From: a virus
Taxonomy: Duplodnaviria > Caudoviricetes
Length of the DNA: 58,077 bases
Direction: 5' to 3' (one strand)
Virus record (IMG/VR): IMGVR_UViG_3300036819_000091
Span: 1 to 58,077 of that record
In this document: piece by piece, positions 31,263 to 41,635 of the stretch
Position numbering within the stretch: position 1 is the stretch's first letter
Layout: each line of letters begins with the position of its first letter
Made by a program: the position numbers and the translations under genes
The notes under the pieces: model-generated
The model's input: the letters and a program-made list of their open reading frames with translations, nothing else
What the model was told of the DNA's origin: nothing
The model's database searches: none

Positions 31263-32242
31263 GGCCGCAGGCGCCGTACAGCATGCAGGTGGAGGCCACC
31301 GAGGGCTGCAACCTGCGGTGCTCGTTCTGCGGCATCCGGGGCATCCGCGAGGCGGGCGGCCGGGGTGACCTGTCGGGGCCGTACCGGTTCATGACGCCGG
31401 CCACCGCCGCGCTGGCCGCGCAGCAGGCCCGGCAGGCCATGTGGAACCCGCGCGTCGAGTTCGCCATGCACGGCGAGCCCGCCGCCAACCCGGACCTGCC
31501 GCTCCTGGTGTCGGCGTTCCGGCAGGCGCTGCCCCGGGCGCCCATCATGATCACGACCAACGGGATACCGCTGCTGGGCCGGTGGCGCTCCGCGGTGTCC
31601 GACCTGTACGACGCCGGCGCCGACACCATCGCCGTGGACAACTACCGCCCCTACCGGTGCGAGCCGTCCGTGCTGGGCACGGTGCTGCCCGGGGTGGGCG
31701 TGTACCGGTACCCGCAGGGCGGCCCGCTGGGCAACCCGCACCGCCGCCCGGCCCGGCACGAGCGGCGCCTGGTGCTGGTGCAGGACATCAGCCAGGCCGA
31801 GGACGGCACCCACGCGCACCTGTCCAACCACGCAGGCGCGGCCGGCCCGCCCGACCCCAGCCGCGACCGGGAGCGGTGCGCGCTGCCGTTCCGCGAGATC
31901 TCCGTCCGGTGGGACGGGTCCGTGGCGCTGTGCTGCAACGACTGGCGCGGCGCTTACAAGGCGGGCACCGTGGCCGACCCGGGGCTGCCCGCCATCTGGG
32001 AAGGGCCGGCGTTCGCCGCGGCGCGCAGCCACCTGTACCGGGCCACCCGCGATTTCGCGCCGTGCCAGGGCTGCACGCACCGCACCTACCGCAACGGGCT
32101 GCTGCCCGACAAGCACGGCCGGGAAGACTGGCCCGCCCCCACCGCGGATGACGAGGCGGCCATCGCCGCGGCGCTGGAAGGCGACCCGTACACCGCCCCG
32201 GTGCGCCGCAAGTGGGAGCTGCCCGTGGTGGAGGTCACATGA
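31259..32242 (+). CDS. Radical SAM enzyme with SPASM/twitch domain
   Basis: CNLRCSFC, HGEP, TTNG; C-terminal 'CALPF..V.WDG.V.LCCNDW..IW..PCQGC'. Confidence 0.92.
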   Translation: MRPQAPYSMQVEATEGCNLRCSFCGIRGIREAGGRGDLSGPYRFMTPATAALAAQQARQAMWNPRVEFAMHGEPAANPDLPLLVSAFRQALPRAPIMITTNGIPLLGRWRSAVSDLYDAGADTIAVDNYRPYRCEPSVLGTVLPGVGVYRYPQGGPLGNPHRRPARHERRLVLVQDISQAEDGTHAHLSNHAGAAGPPDPSRDRERCALPFREISVRWDGSVALCCNDWRGAYKAGTVADPGLPAIWEGPAFAAARSHLYRATRDFAPCQGCTHRTYRNGLLPDKHGREDWPAPTADDEAAIAAALEGDPYTAPVRRKWELPVVEVT

Positions 32243-33156
32243 TCAGCGTCAGGCTGCGGACCCGCACCCCCCGCCGGGAGCTGGACCAGGTAGCCGGCAT
32301 GGTGCTGGGCGAAGACGCGCACAACCTGCTGCTCACCGGCCCCGCGCAGGTGCTGATGCCAGACGGGCGCCCGCTGTGCGTGTACCTGCCCGGCTGGATG
32401 GCCGGCCACGTCACCGAGGAGCACTACCAGATCCTGCACGGGCTGCGGTCGCAGACCACCGACAATCGCGGCCTGGCCGCCGGGGGCAGGCGGATGCCCC
32501 GCGGCGACCAGAAGCGCACCCGCACCCTGAACGTGGCCAGCGCCATCCTCGGCGCGGTGGACCCCACCGGGACCACCCGGTACTGCCGGCTCACGTCGTG
32601 GACCGGGCAGAATCTGCCCGGCTGGCAGGAGCTGCACGGCCCGCTGCTGCGCGTGGCAGAGGCCATGCGCGAGTACGTGCCCGACCGGACCGCGGTGCAG
32701 CAGGCCGAGATCGACGCCACCCACCCCGACTGGGTAGTGCCCGGCACCCCGTTCACCACGGTGACGGTGAACAACACCTACCCGACCGGCGTGCACACCG
32801 ACAAGGGCGACCTGGCCGCCGGGTTCAGCAGCATTTTCGCCATCCGCCGCGGCGACTGGACCGGCGGGCGGCTGGTGTTCCCGGAGTGGCGGGTGGCCGC
32901 CGACCTGGCAGACGGCGACCTGATCCTGATGGACGCCCACCAGTGGCACGGCAACACGGCCATCACGTGCCGGTGCGGCACCCGCCTGGCCCGCATGTGC
33001 CCGGCCTGCGGCGCCGAGCGGGTCAGCGTGGTGGCGTACATGCGCGCCAAGCTGACCGGGTGCGCCAGCGAGGCCGAGGAGACCGCCAGGGCGATCCGGG
33101 CGCGAGAGGCAGGCAAGGGCCTGGAGCGGGGCCAGCAGCCGCTCAGCACCGAATAG
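32239..33156 (+). CDS. TET/JBP-family 2OG-Fe(II) 5-methylpyrimidine dioxygenase
   Basis: 'CRLT', 'FTTVTVN..HTDKGD' (HxD), 'WHGNT' (H), 'RVSVVAYMR' (2OG Arg). Confidence 0.88.
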   Translation: MISVRLRTRTPRRELDQVAGMVLGEDAHNLLLTGPAQVLMPDGRPLCVYLPGWMAGHVTEEHYQILHGLRSQTTDNRGLAAGGRRMPRGDQKRTRTLNVASAILGAVDPTGTTRYCRLTSWTGQNLPGWQELHGPLLRVAEAMREYVPDRTAVQQAEIDATHPDWVVPGTPFTTVTVNNTYPTGVHTDKGDLAAGFSSIFAIRRGDWTGGRLVFPEWRVAADLADGDLILMDAHQWHGNTAITCRCGTRLARMCPACGAERVSVVAYMRAKLTGCASEAEETARAIRAREAGKGLERGQQPLSTE

Positions 33157-33197
33157 GCGTTGCCCGCCGGGCAACGGCAGACCGAGAGGAGCACGAC

Positions 33198-35420
33198 ATG
33201 GGCAACAGCCACGGCACCAGGGTCATCAGCGGGGGGCACCTGGCCAGGCCGCGCCACACCTGGACCGGGAAGGCCCGCACCGGGGGCATGCGCGGCGCCG
33301 CCCTGCGCCGCGGCGTGGCGCAGCAGCAGCAGGCCGCCCGCCAGCAGCAGGCCGCCATGAGCCTGCTCGGCCGGCTCGCGTCGGCGCTGGGCACCCACCG
33401 GACCGCGCCGCCCGCGCGCTCCGGGTCGAAGTAACCGGTACAGGAATACGGTTAGCACGGGTACGGGTAACCCCCTCTGGAGAGGAGCACGGCATGGGCA
33501 GGTGCAGGTCGCAGGGATGCGACACGTTCATCGACTGGGCAGAGACGCGCGAGGGCGCCAGGATGCCCGTGGACCACGACAGCGCCGGGAAGCCCGGCGG
33601 CAACCTGGCCGTGTGGCGCGACCGCGGCAGGCTGATGTGCCGCGACCTGCGCCCCGGCGAGCAGCCCGCCGCGGGCGAGAAGTGGGGCGTTAACCACTGG
33701 GGCACCTGCGCCAACGCCGACGAGCACCGCGCCACCGCGGGGTGGTCGCACTCGCCGCGGCACTTCCGGTGGGAGTGGCGCAAGACGCGCGGCGGCCCGC
33801 CGGACGCGTTCTACGCCGACCGGGCCATAGAGGACGACCTGCCGGGGGTGCTCGCCGCGATAGCCGACCGGGACCTGCCGCCGCTGCCGCCAGAGGCCCG
33901 CAGCGGGCAGGCCGGCCTGGTGTTCGGCCCGGACACCGGGGGCAGCGCGTGACCCCCGCCGAGCTGGCCGAGGTGCTGGCCGCCGGCGCAGACGCCATAC
34001 CGTCCAAGTCTGAGCAGGCCGCCAACGCGCTGGCGCTGGCACTGGACGCCATGGCCGGCAAGTGCGCGGAGATCGCCGCCCGCCAGTCCCCCACCCACAC
34101 TGCGGACTGCACCCCCGGGTGCTTCGCGGACCACCGCAAGGACGGCTGACCAATGACCAGGCACACCCGGCTGGCGGCCCGGATCCGCCGCTCCCCGGCG
34201 CGGATGCTGCGCCGCACCCGCAACCGGCAGGCCCGCGCGGAAACCTGGCTGATGGCCCGCCGCCTGATGGGCGAGGGCCACGCCTGGCCCGACGCCGCCG
34301 CGACGGCCCGCGCGTACGCACGCGGCAGGGCCGCCCGGTGACCGGCGACTACGGCGGGTCGCTGGCGTGGCAGGCGCACCAGGCCCGCCACCGCGGCGGC
34401 CACCCGGCGCACGGGTGCCCGTGGTGCCCGCCCGCAGCCGCCGGGCACCGCGCCCCGCACCTAGACGACGTGCTGACCGAGGGCATCCGCCGGGTGGCGG
34501 CGGGCCTGCTCGCCGCGCCGCTGCTGCCCGCCGGGCTGGCCGACCTGATCCCCGACGACCCGCCGCCGGTGACCCTGACCGAGCTGACCGAGCTGGCCGC
34601 CCGCGCCGCCGCCGTGCCCGTGCTGGAGTTCCGGGTCAGCCAGGAAGTAGCCGACGCCCTGGACGGCGCCCACCCCGCCGGGCCGGTCCCCGCGATGCTG
34701 CCCGCCCTGTTCACCGCAGAGGTCCGCGTGGACCCCGACATGGTGCCCGGCCAGTGGCTGCTGCTGGCTGACGGCAACCTCACCGTGATGGGGTGGCTGC
34801 GGTGAACCCGCCAGCCGTCCCCGCCGGCATGCGCCTCACGACATGGGGACTGCTGGTCCTGGCGTGCGGCGGGCAGCCCCCCGACGACCGGGGCCAGGGC
34901 GCCAGCTTCACCGGCCGTCTCCTCGACCTGATGGAGCACGCCGACCCCCGCAACCGGCGGCTCCTCGCCATGGCCTACCCCGGCGAGTCAGCCGCCTGGC
35001 AGCTCTGGCACGACCACGCCCCCGCCATCACCGCCGGGGAGCTGCGCGCCCGCGTCCTGGAGGCGACCGGCTGTGCCTAACCCGCAATACTGGGCGCCGC
35101 TGCCCCAGTGCCCCGTGCACGGGCGCATGCACTGGCAGCCCCCCAGATTCGGCACCGACACCGGGGCGTACGCCTGCCGCGGATGGGACGGCGAAGGCTG
35201 CCCCGCCCCGCCCGTGCCCATAGAGGCGCTCGACTGGCTGTACATCGGCGAGGCCGCCGGCCCCCCCGCCTACGAGCTGCCCACCGGCCCCGCCACCGTC
35301 GCCGGGATGTGCGTCGCCACCGGGGAAGTCCGGCAGATACGCGTCACCGTGGACACCGAAGAGGCCCGCGCCAACCTCGAAATGCTGGGCATCCGCCTCG
35401 ACCCGCCCGCCACCCCGTAA
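33198..35420 (+). CDS. Seven hypothetical proteins (33198-33434, 33494-33952, 33949-34149, 34153-34341, 34338-34805, 34802-35080, 35073-35420)
   Basis: RBS or coupling on each. Confidence 0.6.
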
Positions 35421-35469
35421 CCACCCCGCCCTGCCTACACTGCACACACCCAACCCCCGGAGGGCACCC

Positions 35470-36456
35470 ATGGCCGACCTAGACCCACCCGCCGGCCTGG
35501 ACGACGCCCGCCGCGCCATCTGGCGCGCCACCATCGCCCAGGTACTAGAAGCCGGCACCATCGCCCGCCTAGACCTCAACTCCCTCACCGCCTACGTCTC
35601 CGCCGTCCACACCCACCAACGCGCCACCGAACTGATAGCCGCCTCAGACGTCCTCATAGAACGCAACGGCAAACCCGTACCCAACCCCGCACTCGCCGTC
35701 CAGACACAATCCGCCCAGACCATCGCCCTGTTCGCCCGCCAGTTCCGCCTCACCGCCCACACCACCCCAGACGGGCAGCCAGACGACACCCCGCCCCCAG
35801 AGCACCAGCCCCGCCCAGCCGTCGCCAACGGTGCCCCCGCTCCCAGGGATGAGCACCCCGGCACCTGGTGCGAGGAGCACCACCGCTGGGAATGCCGGGC
35901 GCCTAAGTCACGGGGGCGCGGCCCGTGCCACGGCATCGCCACCCGCAGCGGCCGGTGCAGCTTCCACATCGGCGGGCCGGCGGCGCGGGCCAACCACCTG
36001 GCCGCAGAGCTGGTGCGCCGCGACGCGGTGTACGGCACCCCGGAGAAGATCACCGCGGAGGACGCCCTGGTGGGTGAGCTGTGGCGCACCGCCGGGCACG
36101 TGCGGTGGCTGGGCGACCGGGTAGCGGAGCTGGAGGCCACCGCGCTGACGTGGGGCACCACGCAGACGGTGACCCGGTACTGGGGCGAGTTCCCCGGGCA
36201 GGAGCGGGTGGCACGGGCCGGGCCGCACATCCTGCTGGAGCTCTACGACCGGGAGCGCAAGCACCTGGTTCACGTCGCCGCGGAGATCATCCGGGCGGGG
36301 CTGGCGGCCAAGCTGCTCGACACGGCGCAGCGGCAGGGCGAGGCGTACGCCAAGTGCACCGACGCGATCCTGCATGACCTGGAGCTGTCGCCTGCGCAGT
36401 GGGCGCAGGTGCCGGTGGTGGTGCCGCGCCGGTTCAGGGAGCTGATGGCGTCATGA
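35470..36456 (+). CDS. Terminase small subunit (P27-family domain fused to a Cys/His domain and helical C-terminus)
   Basis: 'A..IWR..D..L.AY..NG..V.NPAL..FA.QF.LT', then 'C.A..G.PC..RC.FH.G'. Confidence 0.75.
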   Translation: MADLDPPAGLDDARRAIWRATIAQVLEAGTIARLDLNSLTAYVSAVHTHQRATELIAASDVLIERNGKPVPNPALAVQTQSAQTIALFARQFRLTAHTTPDGQPDDTPPPEHQPRPAVANGAPAPRDEHPGTWCEEHHRWECRAPKSRGRGPCHGIATRSGRCSFHIGGPAARANHLAAELVRRDAVYGTPEKITAEDALVGELWRTAGHVRWLGDRVAELEATALTWGTTQTVTRYWGEFPGQERVARAGPHILLELYDRERKHLVHVAAEIIRAGLAAKLLDTAQRQGEAYAKCTDAILHDLELSPAQWAQVPVVVPRRFRELMAS

Positions 36457-39400
36457 GCCGGCACACGGGCGGGCAGCCGGGCAGCACCATGCTGCGGGGC
36501 CGGTGCCCGGCCTGCGGCAAGGACATGCCCGGCGGCCGGGCAGTGGACAAGCCCGGCTACTGGGTCACGCTGCGGTACCACGGGCCGCGCAAGGCCCGGT
36601 GCCCCGGCAGCCGCGCCGTGGTGGAGATGGCGCCGTGAGCCGCACCGCCCGGTGCCCGGTGTGCCTGGTGCCGCCTCTGGTGCCGCTCACGGCCGAGACC
36701 GACGAGGAGCTGTTCGCCATGATCGCCAGCCACACCATGCAGGTGCACGGCGGCGGCCCGGCCGATGCGTTCAGCACGGCCGAGGACGCGCTGCCGCGGG
36801 TGGGCGCCGCGTACCGCCGCGACGCCGCAGAGCACCCGGAGAAGTACCGGTGACCGGCGAGCTGGACCGGCCGCCCGCGTTCCGGCCGCCGCCGCACGGG
36901 GTGCTGCCCGCCGCGCCAGACGGCCAGGAGGCAGCCGTGCCCGGCATGCTGGCCGCACCCGAGTGGGTGATCGCGGGCGGCCGGCTCACCGGCAGCCCGT
37001 ACCGGTACCGGCTGATAGCCAGCCGGGACCTGCGCGCCGCCGGGCTGACGTACGACGGCATCGGCCACGACATTGACTGGGCGGCGTGGGCGCAGCCCGG
37101 CGGCGGTGCCACCGTGGTGATGAACACCAGCATCCGGCTGACGTGCTGGCTGCGGTCGGGGTTCATGCTGGTGGACGGCAACAGCTACGGCGAGTGCCTG
37201 GCGGCCCTGTTCCGCAACTGGGCGCCAGACGGCACCGGGCCGCTGGCCCTGACCGCTGGCGGCGCCCGGTGACCGCCGGGCGGCACATGACCCCGGCCGA
37301 GTTCGCCGCGTGGCTGCTGCTGCCGTCCGAGGCGGGCACGCAGCCGGGGTGGGCGCATTCGGGCCGGCGCGGCCAGTGGGAGCTGTACGACGGGCGCGGC
37401 CAGCGGGTGCGGGGCACGTTCGTCACCGACGAGGCGCTGCACCGGCACGGCGCCGCGTACTTCCGCGCGCACGGGTTCTGGCTGCCGCCCGCCGCTGACG
37501 TGGCGTGGCGCTGATGCCGCCGCTGCGGTGGTGGCTGGCCGGGTACGCGGCGGCGTGGGCGGTGGCCGCCGCGGTGCTCGCACTGGGCGGCTGGTGGGCT
37601 GCGGCCGGGGTAGGCGCGACCGCCGCCGGGTGCGGCGCCGCGATGGCACGGGCGACCGCCGCGACCGACCGGGCCATGCGCGCCGGCTGCCCGTGGTGCC
37701 CGCCGTGACCGTGCACGACGCGCCCTGGCCCGGGCTGGTGGCCGTGGCCCGCGCAGAGGCCGCCCACGCCGAGAGGCTGATGACGGCCCACATCGCCGGC
37801 TGCCCCGCGCACGGCTGCCCGCAGTGCCTGTCGCTGACCCGCCACTGGGACCGCGCCCAGCGGCAGGTAGCCGTGCTGGCCAGCCCGGACCCGCCCGCGC
37901 AGGAGTCGCTGTTCACGTGACCGGCAGGGCTAGTATGGCTACCGTTAGGCAACCACTGGAGAGGTTGACGCCCATGCAGTGCAATCACATCGGATACCCC
38001 GCCTGCCGCCGCGCAGGCCGCGAGGACAGGTGCTCCCGCTGCGGGCACCGCACCGGCACGCGGGACAGCGCAGGCGCGTGGCAGCCGCCCGTGCAGACAC
38101 GGATGCTGCCGCCGTGGCGGTGGCCCGCCGAGCTGGCCGGCCGCCGCCGTGCCCGCCGCTGGGGCGCAGAGGTAACCGCCCGCCAGGCCGTGCGGCCATG
38201 AGCACCCCCGCCGAGCAGGAAGCGGTCGCCGCGGTGGCCGGGTCGGCGCTGCACTTCGTCACCGAGCCGCACATCTTCCCGCTGTTCGTGTCGTTCATGA
38301 CCCGGCACAACGATGGCGCGATCATCCCGCCCGGCCTGATCCGCGAGGCGGTGGCCAGGTGCCACGACCACATCGCCCCGGACTGCCCCGAGCCCATCGA
38401 GCGCCTGTGATGCGCGCCAGCCACCTGCGGTTCGGCATCCTCGGCGGCGGCCCCGGCACCACGTACCGCGGCATGGCCGACCTGCACGAGCCGGACGGCC
38501 ACGGCGGCGAGTACACCACCGGGTGGGAATGCGACCACCACCACCTGACCCCCGAAGCCGCCACCGCGTGCGCCCGGGCAACCACCAAGGCCATGGCCGC
38601 CGGCCAGGCAGACCAGGAGGCGTGACCCCCATGCTGTTCACTATCGGCCGGTGGGTGCTGGGCATCATGATCGTGGTGTGGATCGTGCATAACCCCACCG
38701 AGGCCGGGTCCACCCTCAAGGGGTGGTTCGACGGGGCCGCGACGTTCGTGTCTTCGCTGGCGTCGTGATGCCCGCCCTGCACCGGGCCAGCGCGCGGACC
38801 ACCCCGCTGGCGTGGCTGCTGCGCCGCCAGGCCGTGGCCATGGGCCGGGTGTTCGCGCAGCGGGTAGCCGAGCTGGCCTGCGCCGCCGACGAGTCCCACC
38901 GGGGTGCCAGCGCCCCGCGCTGCCCGGGGTGCCGGCAGGCCCGCAAGGACATCCGGCTGCTGGCCGACATAGCCAGGACCCGGCCGTGACCTGCCCGCCG
39001 TGGGACCCCGCCGCCCAGCCGCAGCACCCCGACCCCGCTACCCCGGACCCGCTGGTGCCGTGGGCGCGCCCCGACGCTGACCCGCTCGCTGACATCCGCG
39101 CGTGGAAGGCCGCCGCAGAGGCAGGCGCCGGCCACGCGGCGTACGGGCCTGCGTACGCCTACGTGGCGCCCATGCGCCCCCGGCCGTGGTGGCAGCGGCT
39201 GCGTGACCGGCTGACCCGCCGCCGCTGGCTGCGCGGGTGGGTGCAGCTAGGCGCCATGGACGCCGAGCCCGACCCCGGCGGCCCCGGCACGTGGACCGCG
39301 CCCGGCCCGGTGACGCAGGCGCAGATCCGCGCCGCCATGCAGACCGTGGCAGAGGGCGGCGCCCCGGAGGGCTGGACGTTCCGGCCGCTGGACGTGCCCC

Positions 39401-41135
39401 ACGGCGGCGACTGGCCCGGCCATGGGTGACCGCGGCGTGCTGCTGGCACCAGGCCCTGGCCTGTCCCTGGCGGCGCTGTGCGACTGCGGGCAGGCCACCA
39501 CCCTGGCGCTGCTGCCCGTCCACGACGGCAGGCCGATACCGCGCGGCACCCCGCTGGGGCCGCCCGCCGCCCAGGAAGTGGCCTACACCTGCACCGGGTG
39601 CGGCACAGCCCACTGGCTGACCATCGCCCCGCAGCCAGACGGCAACATAGCCGTGACCGCGCAGCGGCCCGGCCGCCACCAGCAGCCGCCGCGCCGGGTG
39701 GTGTCCTGGACGGACGGCTGGTACACGCTGCCGCAGTAGGCTCCGCTGCCCCGGCCGGTGACAGCGCCGGACAGCGCGCCGCCCAGATGACGGCACCCGG
39801 GCCGGGGCAGCGGACACCACCAGGAGGGCGCCGTGGGCGAGTGCCGCATCTGCCGGCCTCCCGAGCCCGTGCCCGACCGGGCCCTGCTCGACCACCTGCG
39901 GGTGCTGCACCCCGACCAGTGGGCAGAGCTGGCCGCGTGGCCGGACGGCTCCCTGGTCCTGGAGGAGCCCGACGCCGACCCCGGAGACTGCCCGACGCCG
40001 CCCCCGCGACGCTAGGATGACCGCTGCCGGGACGGGGGACCTGCCCGGCGCCCGTGCACCCCGCATCGCCCGGCCGCCCGGTCAGCGCCATTCAGCGTTT
40101 CCGGGCGGGCAACGCCCAATCGGCCCTGTACGCCATTCACCCCGATGCCCTGTAGGCGGCACCCATGACGTACCCGACCCCGCTGGGGCTGCCCTGGACC
40201 CCCGAGGACGCCGCCGCGGTCCTCGGCCCCGCCGCCGACGCCGCCCTGCTGCGCCTGCTGGTGGCAGAGCTGGCCGTCCCGCAGGTGGCGCCGGGCCGGT
40301 GGGACGCAGCCGACCTGCTGGGCCTCCACTGTGCTCTCGCGCCGTGGCTGGCGCGGCGTAGACTCCGCGTGACCGACCTGACCGGAGGGGCCAATGGGAC
40401 GCCTGCCGCTGCTGCGAGCGGAGACCCGCTGGGAGTGCCCCAACTGCCCGGAGACCGCCCTGACCACAGAGGCGCACCCGCATACCCGGTTCCACCAGTG
40501 CCGGGGACTGCACGGGCTGACTGTGCCGCTGGTGCAGGCCGGGACTGACTGCAAAGTCGAGGCCATCGACCGCGAGGACTACGTAGGCGCAGACCACGGC
40601 GCGGTGCAGCTCGCGCCGGGCAACGGGCGCCCGTACATGGCCGCCCGCACCACCCGCGCTGACGGGTCGAACGACACCACCGTGTATGCCCCCGTGGCGA
40701 GAGGAAGGCTGGCCCATGGCCGACGCCGAGTTTGACCGCCTGGTGCAGGAGCACCTGGACCGCGCCGCCCCGGCCTTCCAGGACCGGGTGGCCACGTTCA
40801 TGGGCGCCGCCCGCGACCACACCGCCGCGCAGGCCGCCGCGGCGGCAGAGGCGGCAGACAGCGCCCGGGCCAACGTGGACCACCAGCGGGAGGTAGCGCA
40901 GCGGCTGGTGGACACCGCCGCCGAGCAGGCCGAGAACGCGGCGGCGCAGGCGCAGGCCGCGCAGGCCGAGGCCGACAACTGGGCCGGGTTCGGCGAGGAC
41001 GCCCTGGCGCTGGCCCGCGAGACCGTGACCGCCGCTGACCTGGCCGCCGCGCGGCTGGCCGCCGCCGGGGAGCTGGCCGCAGGCGACACCACCGTGCAGG
41101 CCGGCGTGGCCAAGGGCCAGGCGAGCGCGTCATGA
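36453..41135 (+). CDS. Run of about 17 small hypothetical proteins (36453-36638, 36635-36853, 36850-37272, 37269-37514, 37514-37708, 37705-37920, 37974-38201, 38198-38410, 38410-38625, 38631-38768, 38768-38989, 38986-39429, 39422-39739, 39833-40015, 40165-40548, 40394-40735, 40716-41135)
   Basis: Nearly unbroken ATGA/GTGA/TGATG coupling; many CxxC; 38631-38768 has a TM segment. Confidence 0.6.
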
Positions 41136-41611
41136 GCTGGTCTGGCAGCCACATGTTCCGGCAGTGGATAGCGGACAACCTCACCCACACCGCGACGCCC
41201 AACTACTCGACCGACGCCCCGAAAGCCGCCCTGTACGGCAGCACCGGCACCCCGGACGAGAATGTCTCCGCGGCGCTGTCGGCGTACAACGCCGGCCAGT
41301 GGGTGACCGCCAACGAGGTTTTCCAGGCGGGCCAGTGGGCGCAGGGCGGCGTCGCGCTGGGCAGCCCCAGCGGGGTGACCCACTTCAACGACACCGCCGA
41401 CGCGGTGTGGTACGACGCCAACGACACCGCCTCTGGCACCGCGGCGACCCTGGCCGGCGTGTTCGGCACCGAGGTCTACGACGACACGCTCACCACCCCG
41501 GTGGCCGACCAGGGCATCTGCTTCAACTACTTCGGGGGCACGCAGTCGGTCACGGCGGGGCAGTTCACGGTGGTGTGGAACGCACTGGGCATCTGGCGCG
41601 TAACGCTGTAG
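41132..41611 (+). CDS. Probable minor virion / fibre-associated protein
   Basis: 'KAALY..NEV..GG..L..YDA.D..YDDT..FGG..G.FTVVW..GI' pattern that I recognise from phage structural regions. Confidence 0.6.
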   Translation: MSWSGSHMFRQWIADNLTHTATPNYSTDAPKAALYGSTGTPDENVSAALSAYNAGQWVTANEVFQAGQWAQGGVALGSPSGVTHFNDTADAVWYDANDTASGTAATLAGVFGTEVYDDTLTTPVADQGICFNYFGGTQSVTAGQFTVVWNALGIWRVTL

Positions 41612-41635
41612 GCCCGGCCGGCTGAGGAGGCGCCC

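Noticed and set aside
29866-33156. 7-deazaguanine (QueE) pathway, RiPP cluster or parABS
   Set aside because: The radical SAM protein has a twitch domain; no folE/queC/queD/dpdA, precursor peptide or parA seen
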